A stretch of 64,000 bases of DNA, taken from assembly GCA_026981985.1 (NCBI GenBank), contig JALSHZ010000036.1:11113-75112 (forward strand). The letters run 5' to 3'. The position numbers and the translations under genes were made by a program. Position 1 is the stretch's first letter; every line of letters starts with the position of its first letter. The notes beneath the pieces are model-generated. The model was given only the letters and a program-made list of their open reading frames with translations, was not told the DNA's origin and searched no databases. Positions 45,718 through 56,682 of the stretch are shown here, piece by piece. Source of the DNA: Gammaproteobacteria bacterium. Its GTDB lineage: Bacteria; Pseudomonadota; Gammaproteobacteria; UWMA-0217.

Positions 45718-47121
45718 CTAGATTACCTTGGAGAACTTCGCTTCCTCCCGCGCCTGCTGCAGATGGGCGTCGAAGGTCATGCAGACATTGCGTACCAGCA
45801 TGCGTCCGCGCGGTAGTATGCGGATTTCCGCGTCGCCGATTTCGACCAGGCCATCGGCTTCCATTGGCGCCAGCGCCTCCAGCGACGATGAGAAGTAGCG
45901 CTTGAAGTCGATGCCGTAGCTGTCTTCAATCTCTTTCATGTCGAGCGCGAAGTTGCAGATCAGACGGCTGATCACATCCCGCCGCAGAATGTCGTCATCA
46001 CTCAAACGAATGCCCTTGATCACCGGCAAGTGGCCGGCGTCGATGGCACGGTAGTACGATTCCAGATCCTTGCTGTTCTGGCTGTAGACATCATGCACCT
46101 TCGAGATCGAGCTGACGCCCATGGCCACCAGGTCACAGTCGCCGCGCGTGGTATAGCCCTGGAAGTTACGGTGCAAATGACCTTCCTGTTGCGCGCGGAC
46201 GAGTTCATCATCCGGCTTGGCGAAGTGATCCATACCGATATAGACGTAGCCGGCGTCGGTCAACTGCCGGATCGTGCGCTTGAGAATCTCCAGCTTGTCG
46301 GCGCCTGACGGCAATTCGGCTTCATTGATGCGGCGTTGCGGCTTGAAGCGTTCAGGCAAGTGAGCGTAATTGAACACCGATAGCCGGTCGGGCGACAGCT
46401 CCAGCACCGCCTCGACGGTCTGCTCGAAGCTCCCCACCGTCTGCAACGGCAGGCCATAGATCAAGTCGAGATTGACGGATCGCGCACCGGCATCGTAACA
46501 GGCCTGGATGATCTCGCCGGTCATCTCGATCGGCTGAATGCGGTTGACCGCCCGCTGTACCACCGGATTGACATCCTGCACGCCGAGGCTAAAACGATTG
46601 AAGCCCAATGCGCGCAGGTGCCGGATGCTGTCAGCCGTCACCGAACGCGGATCGATCTCGATCGAGTAGTCGCCACCATCGTCATCACGCAACTTGAAAT
46701 GGTGCCGGGTCGATGCCATCAACCGGCTCATTTCATCGTGGTTCAGAAAGGTTGGCGTACCGCCGCCCCAGTGCAGTTGCTCCACCACCCGGTCATCGTC
46801 ATACAACGCCGCCTGCATCTCGATTTCCCGTTCAAGACGATCGAGATAGTCGCCCACCATGGAATGATTCTTGGTCGCAATCTTGTTGCAGGCGCAGTAG
46901 AAACAGATGGTGTCGCAGAACGGAATATGAAAGTAGAGCGACAGCGGAACCGGCACCGGGGAGGCGTTGCTCCGCTGTGCCGCCTGGCAATAGTCCGTTT
47001 CGCCGAAGCTGTCGGTAAAGGAGACCGCAGTCGGATACGACGTATAGCGCGGGCCACTGGCATCGTAACGACGGATCAGTGCTTCATCGAAAATGGTATT
47101 GGTAAAATCGGTCTCTGACAT
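45718..47121 (-). CDS. hemN: Oxygen-independent coproporphyrinogen III oxidase (radical SAM)
   Basis: 467 aa. GPRYTSYPTA and the radical-SAM motif IPFCDTICFYCAC, with a HemN C-terminal domain. Confidence 0.92.
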   Translation of the reverse strand: MSETDFTNTIFDEALIRRYDASGPRYTSYPTAVSFTDSFGETDYCQAAQRSNASPVPVPLSLYFHIPFCDTICFYCACNKIATKNHSMVGDYLDRLEREIEMQAALYDDDRVVEQLHWGGGTPTFLNHDEMSRLMASTRHHFKLRDDDGGDYSIEIDPRSVTADSIRHLRALGFNRFSLGVQDVNPVVQRAVNRIQPIEMTGEIIQACYDAGARSVNLDLIYGLPLQTVGSFEQTVEAVLELSPDRLSVFNYAHLPERFKPQRRINEAELPSGADKLEILKRTIRQLTDAGYVYIGMDHFAKPDDELVRAQQEGHLHRNFQGYTTRGDCDLVAMGVSSISKVHDVYSQNSKDLESYYRAIDAGHLPVIKGIRLSDDDILRRDVISRLICNFALDMKEIEDSYGIDFKRYFSSSLEALAPMEADGLVEIGDAEIRILPRGRMLVRNVCMTFDAHLQQAREEAKFSKVI

Positions 47122-47182
47122 GCGGGCACCAGCTCAGAAAAACGAAGGAAGGGAGACTAGCATCGTAACGTCGGCAGCACTG

Positions 47183-47196
47183 TTGACGTGGATCAA
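47183..47196. promoter_or_regulatory. FNR/Anr-type box TTGAC-GTGG-ATCAA upstream of hemN
   Basis: Matches the TTGAT-N4-ATCAA consensus in 9 of 10 positions. Centred about 68 nt upstream of the hemN ATG, in the hemN/hemL divergent region. Confidence 0.6.
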
Positions 47197-47329
47197 TCGT
47201 GATGCTTGGCAGTGAGGAATATAACACCCGGCCGAGACCCTCACCAGCACCGCCCCGACACTCGCATTTTGCCCGGTGGTAGCAGTTACAGGCATAATTC
47301 AGCGCTTCAACCCAACTTCAGGAATCACC

Positions 47330-48619
47330 GTGTCCAGATCATCAGAACTCTTTCACCGCGCCGAAAAGGTCATTCCGGGAGGCGTCAACTCTCCTGTCCG
47401 CGCTTTCCGGGGCGTCGGCGGCGATCCCGTATTCATCGACAGAGCGCAAGGCGCCTGGCTTTTCGACAGCGATGGCAATCGTTATATCGACTATGTTGGC
47501 TCCTGGGGACCCATGATTGCCGGACACGCTCATCCCGACATCATCGCTGCGGTAAAGCAGGCAGCCGACAACGGCCTCAGTTTCGGCGCACCAACGGCGC
47601 TGGAGATCGAGATGGCAGAACGCGTCTGCGCGCTGCTGCCGTCGATCGAGATGGTACGCATGGTCAGCTCCGGCACCGAAGCCACGATGAGCGCAATCCG
47701 GCTGGCACGTGGCTTTACCGGGCGCGACAAGATCGTCAAGTTCGAAGGCTGCTACCACGGCCACGGCGACTCACTGCTGGTCAAGGCTGGATCAGGCGCA
47801 CTGACCCTGGGCGTACCCAGCTCGCCCGGCATTCCCGCCGCACTGGCAGCACATACAATCACGCTGGAATACAACAATATCGACGCGGTGCGGGAAGCAT
47901 TCGCCGACATCGGCAGCGAGATCGCCTGCATTATCGTCGAGCCGGTCGCTGGCAACATGAATTGCATTCCACCGGTCGACGGCTTCTTGCAAGGACTCCG
48001 CGAAGTCTGTGACGAACATGGCGCGGTATTGATCTTCGACGAAGTGATGACCGGCTTTCGCGTCGCGCTCGGCGGCGCACAGTCTGTCTACGACGTCACC
48101 CCGGATCTGACGACGCTGGGAAAAATCATCGGCGGCGGCATGCCGGTCGGCGCCTTCGGCGGCAAGCGCGAAATCATGGAATACATCGCACCCACCGGGC
48201 CGGTCTATCAGGCAGGCACCCTGTCGGGAAATCCGATTGCCATGACGGCTGGGCTAAAAACGCTGGAAATCATTTCAGCACCGGACTTCTACTCTACGCT
48301 GGAGCAGAAAACGACAACACTGGTTCAAGGGCTGCAAAAAAGAGCAGACGCCGCCGGGATTGCGTTCACCACCAGCCAGGTCGGCGCCATGTTCGGGCTG
48401 TTTTTCACCGACGCTAAGCAGGTCACATCGTTTGCACAGGCCACCCAGTGCGATGTCGAGGCTTTCAAGCAGTTTTTCCATGCCATGCTCGATGAAGGCA
48501 TCTACCTTGCACCATCGGCCTACGAAGCAGGGTTTGTCTCCAGCGCCCATTCGGATGAGGATCTGGAAGCCACCCTGGTGGCGGCGGAGAAGGCGTTTGC
48601 TACGCTCAAGAACGGATAG
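47330..48619 (+). CDS. hemL: Glutamate-1-semialdehyde 2,1-aminomutase
   Basis: ORF 47276..48619 trimmed to GTG 47330 ([26 protein letters not shown]...). Class-III aminotransferase body. Confidence 0.92.
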   Translation: MSRSSELFHRAEKVIPGGVNSPVRAFRGVGGDPVFIDRAQGAWLFDSDGNRYIDYVGSWGPMIAGHAHPDIIAAVKQAADNGLSFGAPTALEIEMAERVCALLPSIEMVRMVSSGTEATMSAIRLARGFTGRDKIVKFEGCYHGHGDSLLVKAGSGALTLGVPSSPGIPAALAAHTITLEYNNIDAVREAFADIGSEIACIIVEPVAGNMNCIPPVDGFLQGLREVCDEHGAVLIFDEVMTGFRVALGGAQSVYDVTPDLTTLGKIIGGGMPVGAFGGKREIMEYIAPTGPVYQAGTLSGNPIAMTAGLKTLEIISAPDFYSTLEQKTTTLVQGLQKRADAAGIAFTTSQVGAMFGLFFTDAKQVTSFAQATQCDVEAFKQFFHAMLDEGIYLAPSAYEAGFVSSAHSDEDLEATLVAAEKAFATLKNG

Positions 48620-48635
48620 ACATCGGCCTGTACTC

Positions 48636-48660
48636 GGGCGAATGAATTCGCCCCTACAGC
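48636..48660. repeat. REP-like unit, same family as 18134-18224
   Basis: GGGCGAATGAATTCGCCCCTACAGC is identical to the core of the 18.1-kb copies. Confidence 0.7.
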
Positions 48661-48668
48661 AATAAAAA

Positions 48669-48705
48669 AGCCCGACCAGTCTGACGACTGGCCGGGCTTT
48701 TTTTT
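48669..48705. terminator. Bidirectional rho-independent terminator (hemL / galU)
   Basis: AAAAAA-GCCCGACCAGTC-tgac-GACTGGCCGGGC-TTTTTTTT, placed between convergent genes. Confidence 0.8.
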
Positions 48706-48719
48706 CAATCAATACGCTT

Positions 48720-49610
48720 TTACATCAATGCATCGACATCGAGGTTTCTCAGGTAATCGGCAAAACCGTCCTTGAGCTCTGGATGTTTCAGTGCATATTC
48801 CACAGTTGCCACCAGATACCCCAGCTTATCACCACAATCGTAGCGTTTGCCTTCGAATTCATAGGCCAGCACACGCTCTTCAGTGAGCAGTTGTGCAATA
48901 GCATCCGTCAGCTGAATTTCACCACCGGCGCCGCGTGGTGTTTTTGCCAGCTTGGAGAAAATATGGGGTGTCAGGATATAACGCCCAACAACAGCAATAT
49001 TCGAGGGCGCATCTTCAGGCGCTGGCTTTTCGACGATGCCGTTGACATGCCACAGACGCTCCCCAGATGCTTCAGCGGCGACCACACCATATTTCTGCGT
49101 CTGATCTTCAGGTACGCGCTCACTGCCGAGTACGCTGCAACCATGATAGTTATAGACCTCAACCATCTCGCCAAGCCCGGTGGTTCCGTTTTTTGGCGCA
49201 ATCATGTCATCCGCCAGAATGACCGCAAAAGGTTCGTCGCCAACAATTGGCTCCGCACAAAGCACCGCATGCCCTAGCCCCAATGCTTCTGCCTGTCGCA
49301 GATAGACACAGGTGATGCCCGGAGGAAGAATACCGCGCACCTCTTCGAGCAATTTGGTTTTGCCCCGCTCCTCCAGTTCACGTTCCAGCTCATAGGCCTT
49401 GTCGAAATGGTCCGGAATGGAGCGTTTATTGCGCCCGGTAACAAAAATGAGTTCGGTGATACCGGCGGAGACCGCTTCTTCGGCCGCATACTGGATCAAT
49501 GGCTTGTCGACGATCGGCAGCATTTCCTTCGGATTGGCCTTGGTGGCCGGAAGAAACCGGGTTCCCATTCCTGCTACGGGAAAGACCGCCTTGCGAATCT
49601 TGGCTGGCAT
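48720..49610 (-). CDS. galU: UTP--glucose-1-phosphate uridylyltransferase
   Basis: 296 aa; [35 protein letters not shown]. Confidence 0.92.
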   Translation of the reverse strand: MPAKIRKAVFPVAGMGTRFLPATKANPKEMLPIVDKPLIQYAAEEAVSAGITELIFVTGRNKRSIPDHFDKAYELERELEERGKTKLLEEVRGILPPGITCVYLRQAEALGLGHAVLCAEPIVGDEPFAVILADDMIAPKNGTTGLGEMVEVYNYHGCSVLGSERVPEDQTQKYGVVAAEASGERLWHVNGIVEKPAPEDAPSNIAVVGRYILTPHIFSKLAKTPRGAGGEIQLTDAIAQLLTEERVLAYEFEGKRYDCGDKLGYLVATVEYALKHPELKDGFADYLRNLDVDALM

Positions 49611-49676
49611 AGTGAAACTTCCTTATTCTGGCACGTTGATGAATTGACCGCTGAATCCTAACAAAGTTCCCTTGCA

Positions 49677-50369
49677 CTACAGTGAGACAAGCACCTCGTT
49701 TATCACATCGCCGGGTGAGGCTGCCTGGGTGATCGGCCGACCAATGACCAGAAAATCACTACCAGCGGTCATAGCCTCCGCCGGGGTCATTACGCGGCGC
49801 TGATCGTCGCTTCCCGACGAGCCTGCAGGACGGATACCTGGCGTCACCAGCAGAAAGTCACTCCCCAGTTCCTGGCGCAATGCTGCCGCCTCTCTTGCCG
49901 AACAGACGACCCCATCCGCCCCAGCGTCGCTGGCGAGACTGGCAAGATGCAGCACCTGCTGTTCGGGGGAGCGTGCAATACCCACTTCACCAAGGTCAGT
50001 GGCATCCATCGACGTCAGCACGGTGACGGCGATCAGATGAGGTCGATGTGCCGCCTGCTCAAGGGCTTCACGAGCCGCGACAATCATCCGGCGCCCACCA
50101 CTGGCATGCACATTCAGCATCCATACGCCCAAGTCAGCGGCGACACGGCACACCGACGCAACGGTATTGGGGATATCATGGAATTTGAGGTCGAGAAAAA
50201 CTTCAAAACCAAGCTTGTGTAACTGCTCGATCAAGCCGGGGCCGGCAGCAACGAACAGCTCGAAACCCACCTTGACGCGACATTTGTCGGCAGGGATTCG
50301 ACGGGCAAATTCCAACGCCGCTTCCTGGGTTGAAAAATCGAGGGCGACAATAATTGGTGATGGTTTCAT
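49677..50369 (-). CDS. pyrF: Orotidine-5'-phosphate decarboxylase
   Basis: ORF 49677..50492 trimmed to ATG 50369 ([12 protein letters not shown]...[12 protein letters not shown]). ATGA overlap with the lapB stop. Confidence 0.9.
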   Translation of the reverse strand: MKPSPIIVALDFSTQEAALEFARRIPADKCRVKVGFELFVAAGPGLIEQLHKLGFEVFLDLKFHDIPNTVASVCRVAADLGVWMLNVHASGGRRMIVAAREALEQAAHRPHLIAVTVLTSMDATDLGEVGIARSPEQQVLHLASLASDAGADGVVCSAREAAALRQELGSDFLLVTPGIRPAGSSGSDDQRRVMTPAEAMTAGSDFLVIGRPITQAASPGDVINEVLVSL

Positions 50370-51568
50370 TCGCTGTCCAGCCAAGAGTATTCGACGGGGT
50401 TCTGATGCGGTCTGACGGTGCCCCAGTGCTGACAGCCGGGGCATTGCCAGAAAATGAGGTTGGATTCGAAACCGCAGTGGGTGCAGTGGCAAGCCATATA
50501 GGTGCCCAACCTTGAGGTGAGTGTTTTTTCCAACGCGGCAAACGATGCGCTGATGTCACCGCTGGTATTTTCTCGCATCATTTCAAGATAGGCGAGCACG
50601 ATATAGGGTGACACCTCCTTGCGCTCCATTTCCTTGTATAGCAGCTCATGCAGGCGCTGCTCATCCCCAAGGTCTTTGTACACCCGAACGAGAAAATAGC
50701 GCGCAGCCGCGTCCGTGTTGCAATCGGTGTTCTTGCGTACGAAAACTGGAAAATCGGCCAGCGTTCCTGCTTTGGTGAAGGTCTTGTACAGACGGTTCAG
50801 CACGACCGGCGAAAAATGGCGATCTTTTGCCAACGCCTTGCGGAAGCTCTTTACCGCTGCGTTGAAATTACCACGGGAAGAAAGAATATCACCTGTCTGA
50901 ATGTAAGCGCGGATACAGTCCGGGTCGACCGCCAGCGCAGCCTTGGCCTCACTTTCAGCCTGCTCTATCTTACCTGCCTTGACCTGCTCTTCCACCAGTT
51001 CACAGTGATAGTGGGCGATTCTGACATGCTGTGGCGAGTCACTGGCCTTCTGATGGCGAACAGCTGCATGAATTGCTTTGGCCCACTCCTTTTCGCGTTC
51101 GTAAACACTGGCCAGATAGCGCCAGGCATGTTCCTGATTGCGCCCTGTTTCCGCCAGTTTGAGAAAAATATTCTCGGCGCGATCAAGTAGCCCGGCCTTG
51201 AGAAAGTCTATGCCAAGTTGCTGTAGCGCATTGGCTTTCTGTGCTGGAGAAAGGCTGGGCCGCGCAATAATGTTCTGGTGAATCCGTATCGCCCGATCCA
51301 CCTCGCCACGACGCCGGAACAGGCTGCCCAGCACCAGATGCGTCTCGACCGTGTCCTCGTCGACATCGACCAGATCGACCAGCAGACTGATGGCCTTGTC
51401 CGACTGCTCACTCAGCAGGTAGTTGAGCCCCTGGAGACAATGCTCACTGAAAGCGTTCTGCCCATCGCGCAGCGTCGCACGCCGCCTACCGGAATAGCGA
51501 GCACTCAACCAGCCCGACGCAGCAGCTACCGGCAGTAGCAACCACAACAGTGGTTCCATAGCCTCCAC
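50366..51568 (-). CDS. lapB: Lipopolysaccharide assembly protein B (TPR + rubredoxin-like zinc finger)
   Basis: 400 aa with an N-terminal TM, TPR repeats and the C-terminal [21 protein letters not shown]. Conserved lapA-lapB-pyrF context. Confidence 0.9.
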   Translation of the reverse strand: MEAMEPLLWLLLPVAAASGWLSARYSGRRRATLRDGQNAFSEHCLQGLNYLLSEQSDKAISLLVDLVDVDEDTVETHLVLGSLFRRRGEVDRAIRIHQNIIARPSLSPAQKANALQQLGIDFLKAGLLDRAENIFLKLAETGRNQEHAWRYLASVYEREKEWAKAIHAAVRHQKASDSPQHVRIAHYHCELVEEQVKAGKIEQAESEAKAALAVDPDCIRAYIQTGDILSSRGNFNAAVKSFRKALAKDRHFSPVVLNRLYKTFTKAGTLADFPVFVRKNTDCNTDAAARYFLVRVYKDLGDEQRLHELLYKEMERKEVSPYIVLAYLEMMRENTSGDISASFAALEKTLTSRLGTYMACHCTHCGFESNLIFWQCPGCQHWGTVRPHQNPVEYSWLDSE

Positions 51569-51623
51569 CTGTTTGTCAGTGAATACCGATCGATACCGGC
51601 AGCAGTATTGAATTTCACCGGGT

Positions 51624-51914
51624 TCAGTCGTCCCCGAGCGGCTGCTTGCGCAAGTTACTCAGTTCCTTTTCCGCCAGTGCCAACTGCTTGCGCAGCTTGC
51701 GCATATCGCGTCGGCGTCCCAGCGCCACCAAACCGCCGGCAAACATGCCCAGCAGTACGCCGAAAAACATACTGGTAACCACGACCAGGGAAAATGGCAA
51801 CGTAATCTGCTCGAAATAAAGATTGACGGTGACTTCACCGGGATTCAGCGCAGTGAAGACTACAGCACTGATGGCCGCGAGCAGAATAAAGACAAAATAG
51901 ATCAGCGCTTTCAT
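51624..51914 (-). CDS. lapA: Lipopolysaccharide assembly protein A
   Basis: 96 aa with two TM helices and a basic tail. Lies between ihfB and lapB. Confidence 0.8.
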   Translation of the reverse strand: MKALIYFVFILLAAISAVVFTALNPGEVTVNLYFEQITLPFSLVVVTSMFFGVLLGMFAGGLVALGRRRDMRKLRKQLALAEKELSNLRKQPLGDD

Positions 51915-51972
51915 AGAATAGCCCGGTAACTGGATAACACCAACTGACGCTGTCGCCCGGGTCGAGCGGCGA

Positions 51973-52275
51973 TCATTCCTTGATGGGGATATGCGTAGAG
52001 TTCATGACGCGCTCACGCAGTTGCTTGCCAGGCTTGAAGTGCGGAACGTATTTACCGCTCAGCGTGACAGCATCACCCGTTTTCGGGTTTCTTCCAACCC
52101 TCGGGGGGCGAAAATGCAACGAGAAGCTGCCAAACCCACGAATTTCGATACGCTCGCCAGAAGCCAGCGCAAGACTCATCTGTTCGAGCATGATTTTGAC
52201 CGAGAGTTCGACATCCTTGGGAGCAAGATGAGGCTGTTTTGCCGTAAGTCGCTCAATAAGATCGGATTTCGTCAT
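51973..52275 (-). CDS. ihfB: Integration host factor subunit beta
   Basis: 100 aa; [10 protein letters not shown]...[25 protein letters not shown]. Confidence 0.93.
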   Translation of the reverse strand: MTKSDLIERLTAKQPHLAPKDVELSVKIMLEQMSLALASGERIEIRGFGSFSLHFRPPRVGRNPKTGDAVTLSGKYVPHFKPGKQLRERVMNSTHIPIKE

Positions 52276-52310
52276 CTTGGTCTCACACCTACCCGTTTAC
52301 ATATTGTGTC

Positions 52311-52355
52311 GTAACTACTCAGCTCACCAGTGAAACGCGCCATCTGAGCAGTTAC
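52311..52355. repeat. Mini-copy (termini only) of the GTAACTNCTCAG MITE family
   Basis: GTAACTACTCAGCTCACCAGTGAAACGCGCCATCTGAGCAGTTAC. It matches the right arm of the 32.5-kb element and closes with the left terminus. Lies in the rpsA-ihfB spacer. Confidence 0.65.
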
Positions 52356-52416
52356 ATTGTGTTCTAAACCGGATCCGGCCTGAAGCCGGACCCAACATGC
52401 AGTGATCACACAACCG

Positions 52417-54102
52417 CTACTGGTCGGAACTTCCTTCCATGCGCGATTTGAGATCCTTGAGCGCCTCATGCATCGGATTGGCAGCCACACTCTGGTTGCT
52501 GTACTCCTGCATGACCTCGGCCTCTTCATCACTGTCCTTGGCTTTGATCGACAGAGAAACGACACGCGACTTACGATCCAGCCCCATGAACTTCGCTTCC
52601 ACTTCATCGCCAACCTTCAGCACGGTAGAGGCATCCTCAACGCGATCGCGTGACAGCTCGGAGGCACGCAACACGCCTTCGATACCTTCACCCAAATCAA
52701 CGATGGCCGCTTTGGCATCCACCTGCTTGACGACACCCTTGACGATGCTGCCCTTGGAGTGCGCTGCCATGTACTGCGAGAACGGGTCTTGATCGAGCTG
52801 CTTGATGCCCAGCGAGATACGCTCACGTTCAGGATCGACTGCCAGCACGACGGCTTCGATCTCGTCGCCCTTCTTGTAGTTGCGGACGGCCTCTTCGCCT
52901 GGAATATTCCATGAAATATCAGACAAATGCACCAGCCCGTCAATACCACCGTCGAGACCGACAAAAATACCAAAGTCGGTAATCGACTTGATACTACCCT
53001 GAACCCGATCACCTTTGGAGTGATTGGCAGCAAACTCGTCCCATGGGTTCGGCTTGCACTGCTTCATGCCCAGCGAGATACGGCGGCGCTCCTCGTCGAT
53101 ATCGAGAATCATCACCTCGACCTCTTCGCCAAGATGGACAACCTTTTGCGGGTTGACGTTCTTGTTGGTCCAGTCCATTTCCGAGACGTGTACCAAGCCC
53201 TCGACACCATCCTCGATTTCGACGAAACAGCCGTAATCGGTGATATTGGTGACCTTGCCGAACAGGCGAGTGCCTTCCGGATAACGGCGAGTGATATCCT
53301 TCCACGGATCATCACCGAGCTGCTTCAGGCCAAGGGAGACACGGTTGCGCTCGCGATCGAAACGCAGCACCTTGACTTCGATTTCCTGACCGATCTCAAC
53401 CACTTCGGAGGGATGCTTGACGCGCTTCCACGCCATGTCGGTGATGTGCAGCAGGCCGTCGACGCCACCCATGTCGAGGAACGCACCGTAGTCGGTGAGG
53501 TTCTTGACGATGGCCTTGACGGTCTGACCTTCGGCCAGATTCTTCAGCAGCTCTTCGCGCTCGGCGCTGTATTCCTTCTCAACCACCGCGCGACGTGAAA
53601 CCACCACGTTGTTGCGGGCCTGATCCAGCTTGACCAGCTTGAACTCGAGTTCCTTACCCTCAAGATAGGCCGTGTCACGCACAGGCCGCACATCGACCAG
53701 CGAGCCGGGCAGGAACGCACGGATGTTACCGAGTTCGACAGTGAAGCCGCCACGAACCTTGCCGGTCATCACACCCTTGACGATTTCATCATTTTCATAA
53801 GCTTTTTCAAGCTCTTGCCAAGCCTTCGCACGCTTGGCCTTTTCTCTTGAGAGACGTGTTTCGCCCAAGCCGTTCTCGACGGCATCGAGAGTCACTTCGA
53901 CGACATCGCCGACCTTGACCTCCAGCTCTCCATCGGGTCCCTTGAACTGCTCTATGGGGATGACCCCCTCGGACTTCAAACCCGCACTGACCACGACCAC
54001 ATCGGGCGTGATATCAATGACCGTACCATTGACAATGGTGCCGGGCTTCATGTTAGTGAAGGCAAGGCTCTCCTCGAATAATTCCGCGAAACTTTCAGAC
54101 AT
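52417..54102 (-). CDS. rpsA: 30S ribosomal protein S1
   Basis: 561 aa; six S1 repeats; [13 protein letters not shown].... Confidence 0.97.
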   Translation of the reverse strand: MSESFAELFEESLAFTNMKPGTIVNGTVIDITPDVVVVSAGLKSEGVIPIEQFKGPDGELEVKVGDVVEVTLDAVENGLGETRLSREKAKRAKAWQELEKAYENDEIVKGVMTGKVRGGFTVELGNIRAFLPGSLVDVRPVRDTAYLEGKELEFKLVKLDQARNNVVVSRRAVVEKEYSAEREELLKNLAEGQTVKAIVKNLTDYGAFLDMGGVDGLLHITDMAWKRVKHPSEVVEIGQEIEVKVLRFDRERNRVSLGLKQLGDDPWKDITRRYPEGTRLFGKVTNITDYGCFVEIEDGVEGLVHVSEMDWTNKNVNPQKVVHLGEEVEVMILDIDEERRRISLGMKQCKPNPWDEFAANHSKGDRVQGSIKSITDFGIFVGLDGGIDGLVHLSDISWNIPGEEAVRNYKKGDEIEAVVLAVDPERERISLGIKQLDQDPFSQYMAAHSKGSIVKGVVKQVDAKAAIVDLGEGIEGVLRASELSRDRVEDASTVLKVGDEVEAKFMGLDRKSRVVSLSIKAKDSDEEAEVMQEYSNQSVAANPMHEALKDLKSRMEGSSDQ

Positions 54103-54202
54103 TTAGATTAAACCTGGAAAAACAATACGTTATCCTGTAACTGAGCGATCAGGAAACGCTGTTAGTTAGAAGTTGACAATACGGCGGAACCGGCTCACCC
54201 GG

Positions 54203-54892
54203 TCACGCCACCAATCCCTTTTCACGAGCCAGATCAAGCGCCCGCTGGCGCATTTCATCGATCGACATGGCTGAGGAATCGATGATGACAGCATCTTCGG
54301 CAGGCCGTAAAGGCGACACCGACCGATTCATGTCACGCTCGTCCCGAGCAGAAATCTCGCGAAAAAGGGCGTCAATACTAATATCAAACCCTTGAGCTTT
54401 CAACTGCTTATATCGCCTCTCGGCGCGTTCTTCGATACTGGCTGTCAAAAACAGTTTGAGCGCAGCGTCCGGAAAAACGACCGTCCCCATGTCACGCCCA
54501 TCGGCCACCAGGCCCGGCGCCTGACGAAAATCCCGCTGCCGCTGCAACAATGCGTCGCGCACTTCCGGACAGGCGGCAATCCTCGATGCCGCTTCGCCCG
54601 CCTCTTCGGTGCGCAACTGCGCGGTGACATCTTCGCCCTGCAGAAACACACTGGCCTCACCGTCTGCCGATTCGCCAAAACTGGCGTCGAGCGTTCGCGC
54701 CTGCTGCACCAACGCAGGTATATCACCGAGATCAACGCCATTGCGCAGCGCCGCCTGCGCCGTCAAACGGTAGATCGCACCACTGTCGAGCCAGTGCCAA
54801 CCCAGCCGCTTGGCCAGCAGCCGGCTCAATGTACCCTTGCCTGAGCCACCCGGCCCGTCGATCGTGATCACCGGAATAGAATCGTTGTGCAT
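54203..54892 (-). CDS. cmk: Cytidylate kinase
   Basis: 229 aa; ITIDGPGGSGKGT. Confidence 0.93.
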   Translation of the reverse strand: MHNDSIPVITIDGPGGSGKGTLSRLLAKRLGWHWLDSGAIYRLTAQAALRNGVDLGDIPALVQQARTLDASFGESADGEASVFLQGEDVTAQLRTEEAGEAASRIAACPEVRDALLQRQRDFRQAPGLVADGRDMGTVVFPDAALKLFLTASIEERAERRYKQLKAQGFDISIDALFREISARDERDMNRSVSPLRPAEDAVIIDSSAMSIDEMRQRALDLAREKGLVA

Positions 54893-54907
54893 ACTGCCTC
54901 CCTGGCC

Positions 54908-56221
54908 TCAGACCATCTCTATGTTCATGCCAATGCGCTGACAGCTGCCAACAAAACCGGGGAACGAGGTGTTCACATTGTCGCAGTCACGAATCACGAT
55001 ATCGCCCACAGCCCGAAGCGCCGCAACCGCAAACGCCATTGCGATGCGATGGTCGCCGTGACTATCGACCGTGGCGGCCTGAAAGCCCTGCCCCCCCTGA
55101 ATCACGATGCCATCGTGCGTTGGCGCGGCGTCGATGCCACAGGCCACCAACCCGTCAGCCATCACCTGGATACGATCACTCTCCTTGACCCGCAGCTCTT
55201 CGGCACCGGTCAAACGCGTCTGCCCGCTGGCCACAGCAGCGGCGACAAACAATACCGGGAACTCGTCGATCGCCAGCGGCACCAACGACTCGGGGATGTC
55301 GATACCGCGCAACGCCGCCGCACCAACATGAATATCCGCTACCGGCTCGCCGCCGACCTCGCGTTCATTCACCAGCTCGATCTTCGCCCCCATCAACCGC
55401 AGGATATCGATGATGCCGGTTCGTGTCGGGTTGATGCCGACATGCTCCAGCCAAAGATCAGCGCCCGGGGTGATGCTGGCCGCCACCATGAAAAACGCAG
55501 CGGAGGAGATATCGGCGGGCACATCGATGGTCATTGCCTGGAGCGAGCCACCGCCGGTCAGACAGACCTTGCTGCCATCACGACGCAGGTCATAGCCCGC
55601 ACCGGCCAGCATCCGCTCAGTGTGATCGCGCGTCGGCGCCGGTTCGGTCACGCAGGTCTCGCCGCTGGCGTACAACCCCGCGAGCAGCACGCTCGACTTC
55701 ACCTGGGCGCTCGCCACCGGCATTTCGTAGGCAACCCCTTTCAGCTTCGCACCGCCGCTGATTTTCAGTGGCGGCGTGCCACCTTCCGCCGACTCGATTT
55801 TGGCCCCCATTTGGCCCAGCGGAATCGTCACCCGACGCATCGGCCGCTGCGACAGCGACGCATCGCCGGTCAGCACCGTGTCGAAACGCTGACCCGCCAT
55901 CAGCCCCGCCATCAAACGCATCGAGGTGCCGGAGTTGCCCAGATCGAGCGGACCATGGGGCGCTTGCAAACCCTGCATGCCGACACCATGAATCGTCAGC
56001 GCCCCATTGTCCGGCCCCTCGATTTCGACACCCATCGCACGAAACGCCCGCAGCGTCGCCAGACAATCGTCACCATCGAGAAAGCCGGAAACCCGGGTAA
56101 TGCCATTACCCAACGACCCCAGCATGATCGAACGGTGCGAGATGGACTTGTCGCCCGGAACGCGCAAACGACCGGAAACCGAACCACCGGGTTTGGCGAT
56201 GAATGTTGTTGATGCAGTCAT
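54908..56221 (-). CDS. aroA: 3-phosphoshikimate 1-carboxyvinyltransferase (EPSP synthase)
   Basis: ORF 54908..56422 trimmed to ATG 56221 (MTASTTFIAKPGGSVSGRLRVPGDKSISHRS...LGNSGTSMRL). Confidence 0.93.
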   Translation of the reverse strand: MTASTTFIAKPGGSVSGRLRVPGDKSISHRSIMLGSLGNGITRVSGFLDGDDCLATLRAFRAMGVEIEGPDNGALTIHGVGMQGLQAPHGPLDLGNSGTSMRLMAGLMAGQRFDTVLTGDASLSQRPMRRVTIPLGQMGAKIESAEGGTPPLKISGGAKLKGVAYEMPVASAQVKSSVLLAGLYASGETCVTEPAPTRDHTERMLAGAGYDLRRDGSKVCLTGGGSLQAMTIDVPADISSAAFFMVAASITPGADLWLEHVGINPTRTGIIDILRLMGAKIELVNEREVGGEPVADIHVGAAALRGIDIPESLVPLAIDEFPVLFVAAAVASGQTRLTGAEELRVKESDRIQVMADGLVACGIDAAPTHDGIVIQGGQGFQAATVDSHGDHRIAMAFAVAALRAVGDIVIRDCDNVNTSFPGFVGSCQRIGMNIEMV

Positions 56222-56481
56222 TGGGTAACCTTTGGTTGAACTTGTGCATGATGTGTCGCCACGAAACTTTCGCATCTCGCCGTTTTCTACCACCGCGCAC
56301 GCATCAGGTTCCATTGGCGTCCTGCTCATTTCGCCCCATCCATCGGGGCGAGTTACTTTCTTGCCAACAGCTGCAAGAAAGTAACCAAAGCGCCGCTCTC
56401 TTGCATCCTGCAATCGCGGCATTCAGTACATCCGTGTACATCAAAGCCGCCCGACTAGCCTGCTGTTTCCTGCGCTTCTCG

Positions 56482-56538
56482 CGTTCAGCCGGGGTTGGCC
56501 GACGCGTCCATTCACGCGGCCAACCCCGGCTGAACGCT
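56482..56538. repeat. Perfect 21-bp-stem hairpin in the aroA-tyrA spacer
   Basis: GCGTTCAGCCGGGGTTGGCCG - 15-nt loop - CGGCCAACCCCGGCTGAACGC. Confidence 0.7.
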
Positions 56539-56646
56539 GCGATGCTCGGGCAGGCAAACGGGTTTAGCCATTCGGGCTCGCTCACGCTTCGCCCCGATAG
56601 GGCGATTGAACAGACTGAAACGCGAGGCTCCAACACTTTACTTGGC

Positions 56647-56670
56647 AAGGCGATTGAAATCGCCCCTACC
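56647..56670. repeat. Variant REP-like unit
   Basis: AAGGCGATTGAAATCGCCCCTACC. It has the same architecture (GGCGAtT-GA-AaTCGCC + CCTAC) as the 18.1-kb and 48.6-kb copies. Confidence 0.55.
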
Positions 56671-56682
56671 TATTCGGCAGTG

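Noticed and set aside
47206-48012. 268-aa extremely Arg-rich ORF overlapping hemL in another frame
   Set aside because: Off-frame read of hemL. The composition is not protein-like.
54887-56212. 441-aa plus-strand ORF antisense to aroA
   Set aside because: Arg/His/Gln-rich shadow frame. aroA motifs are clear on the minus strand.
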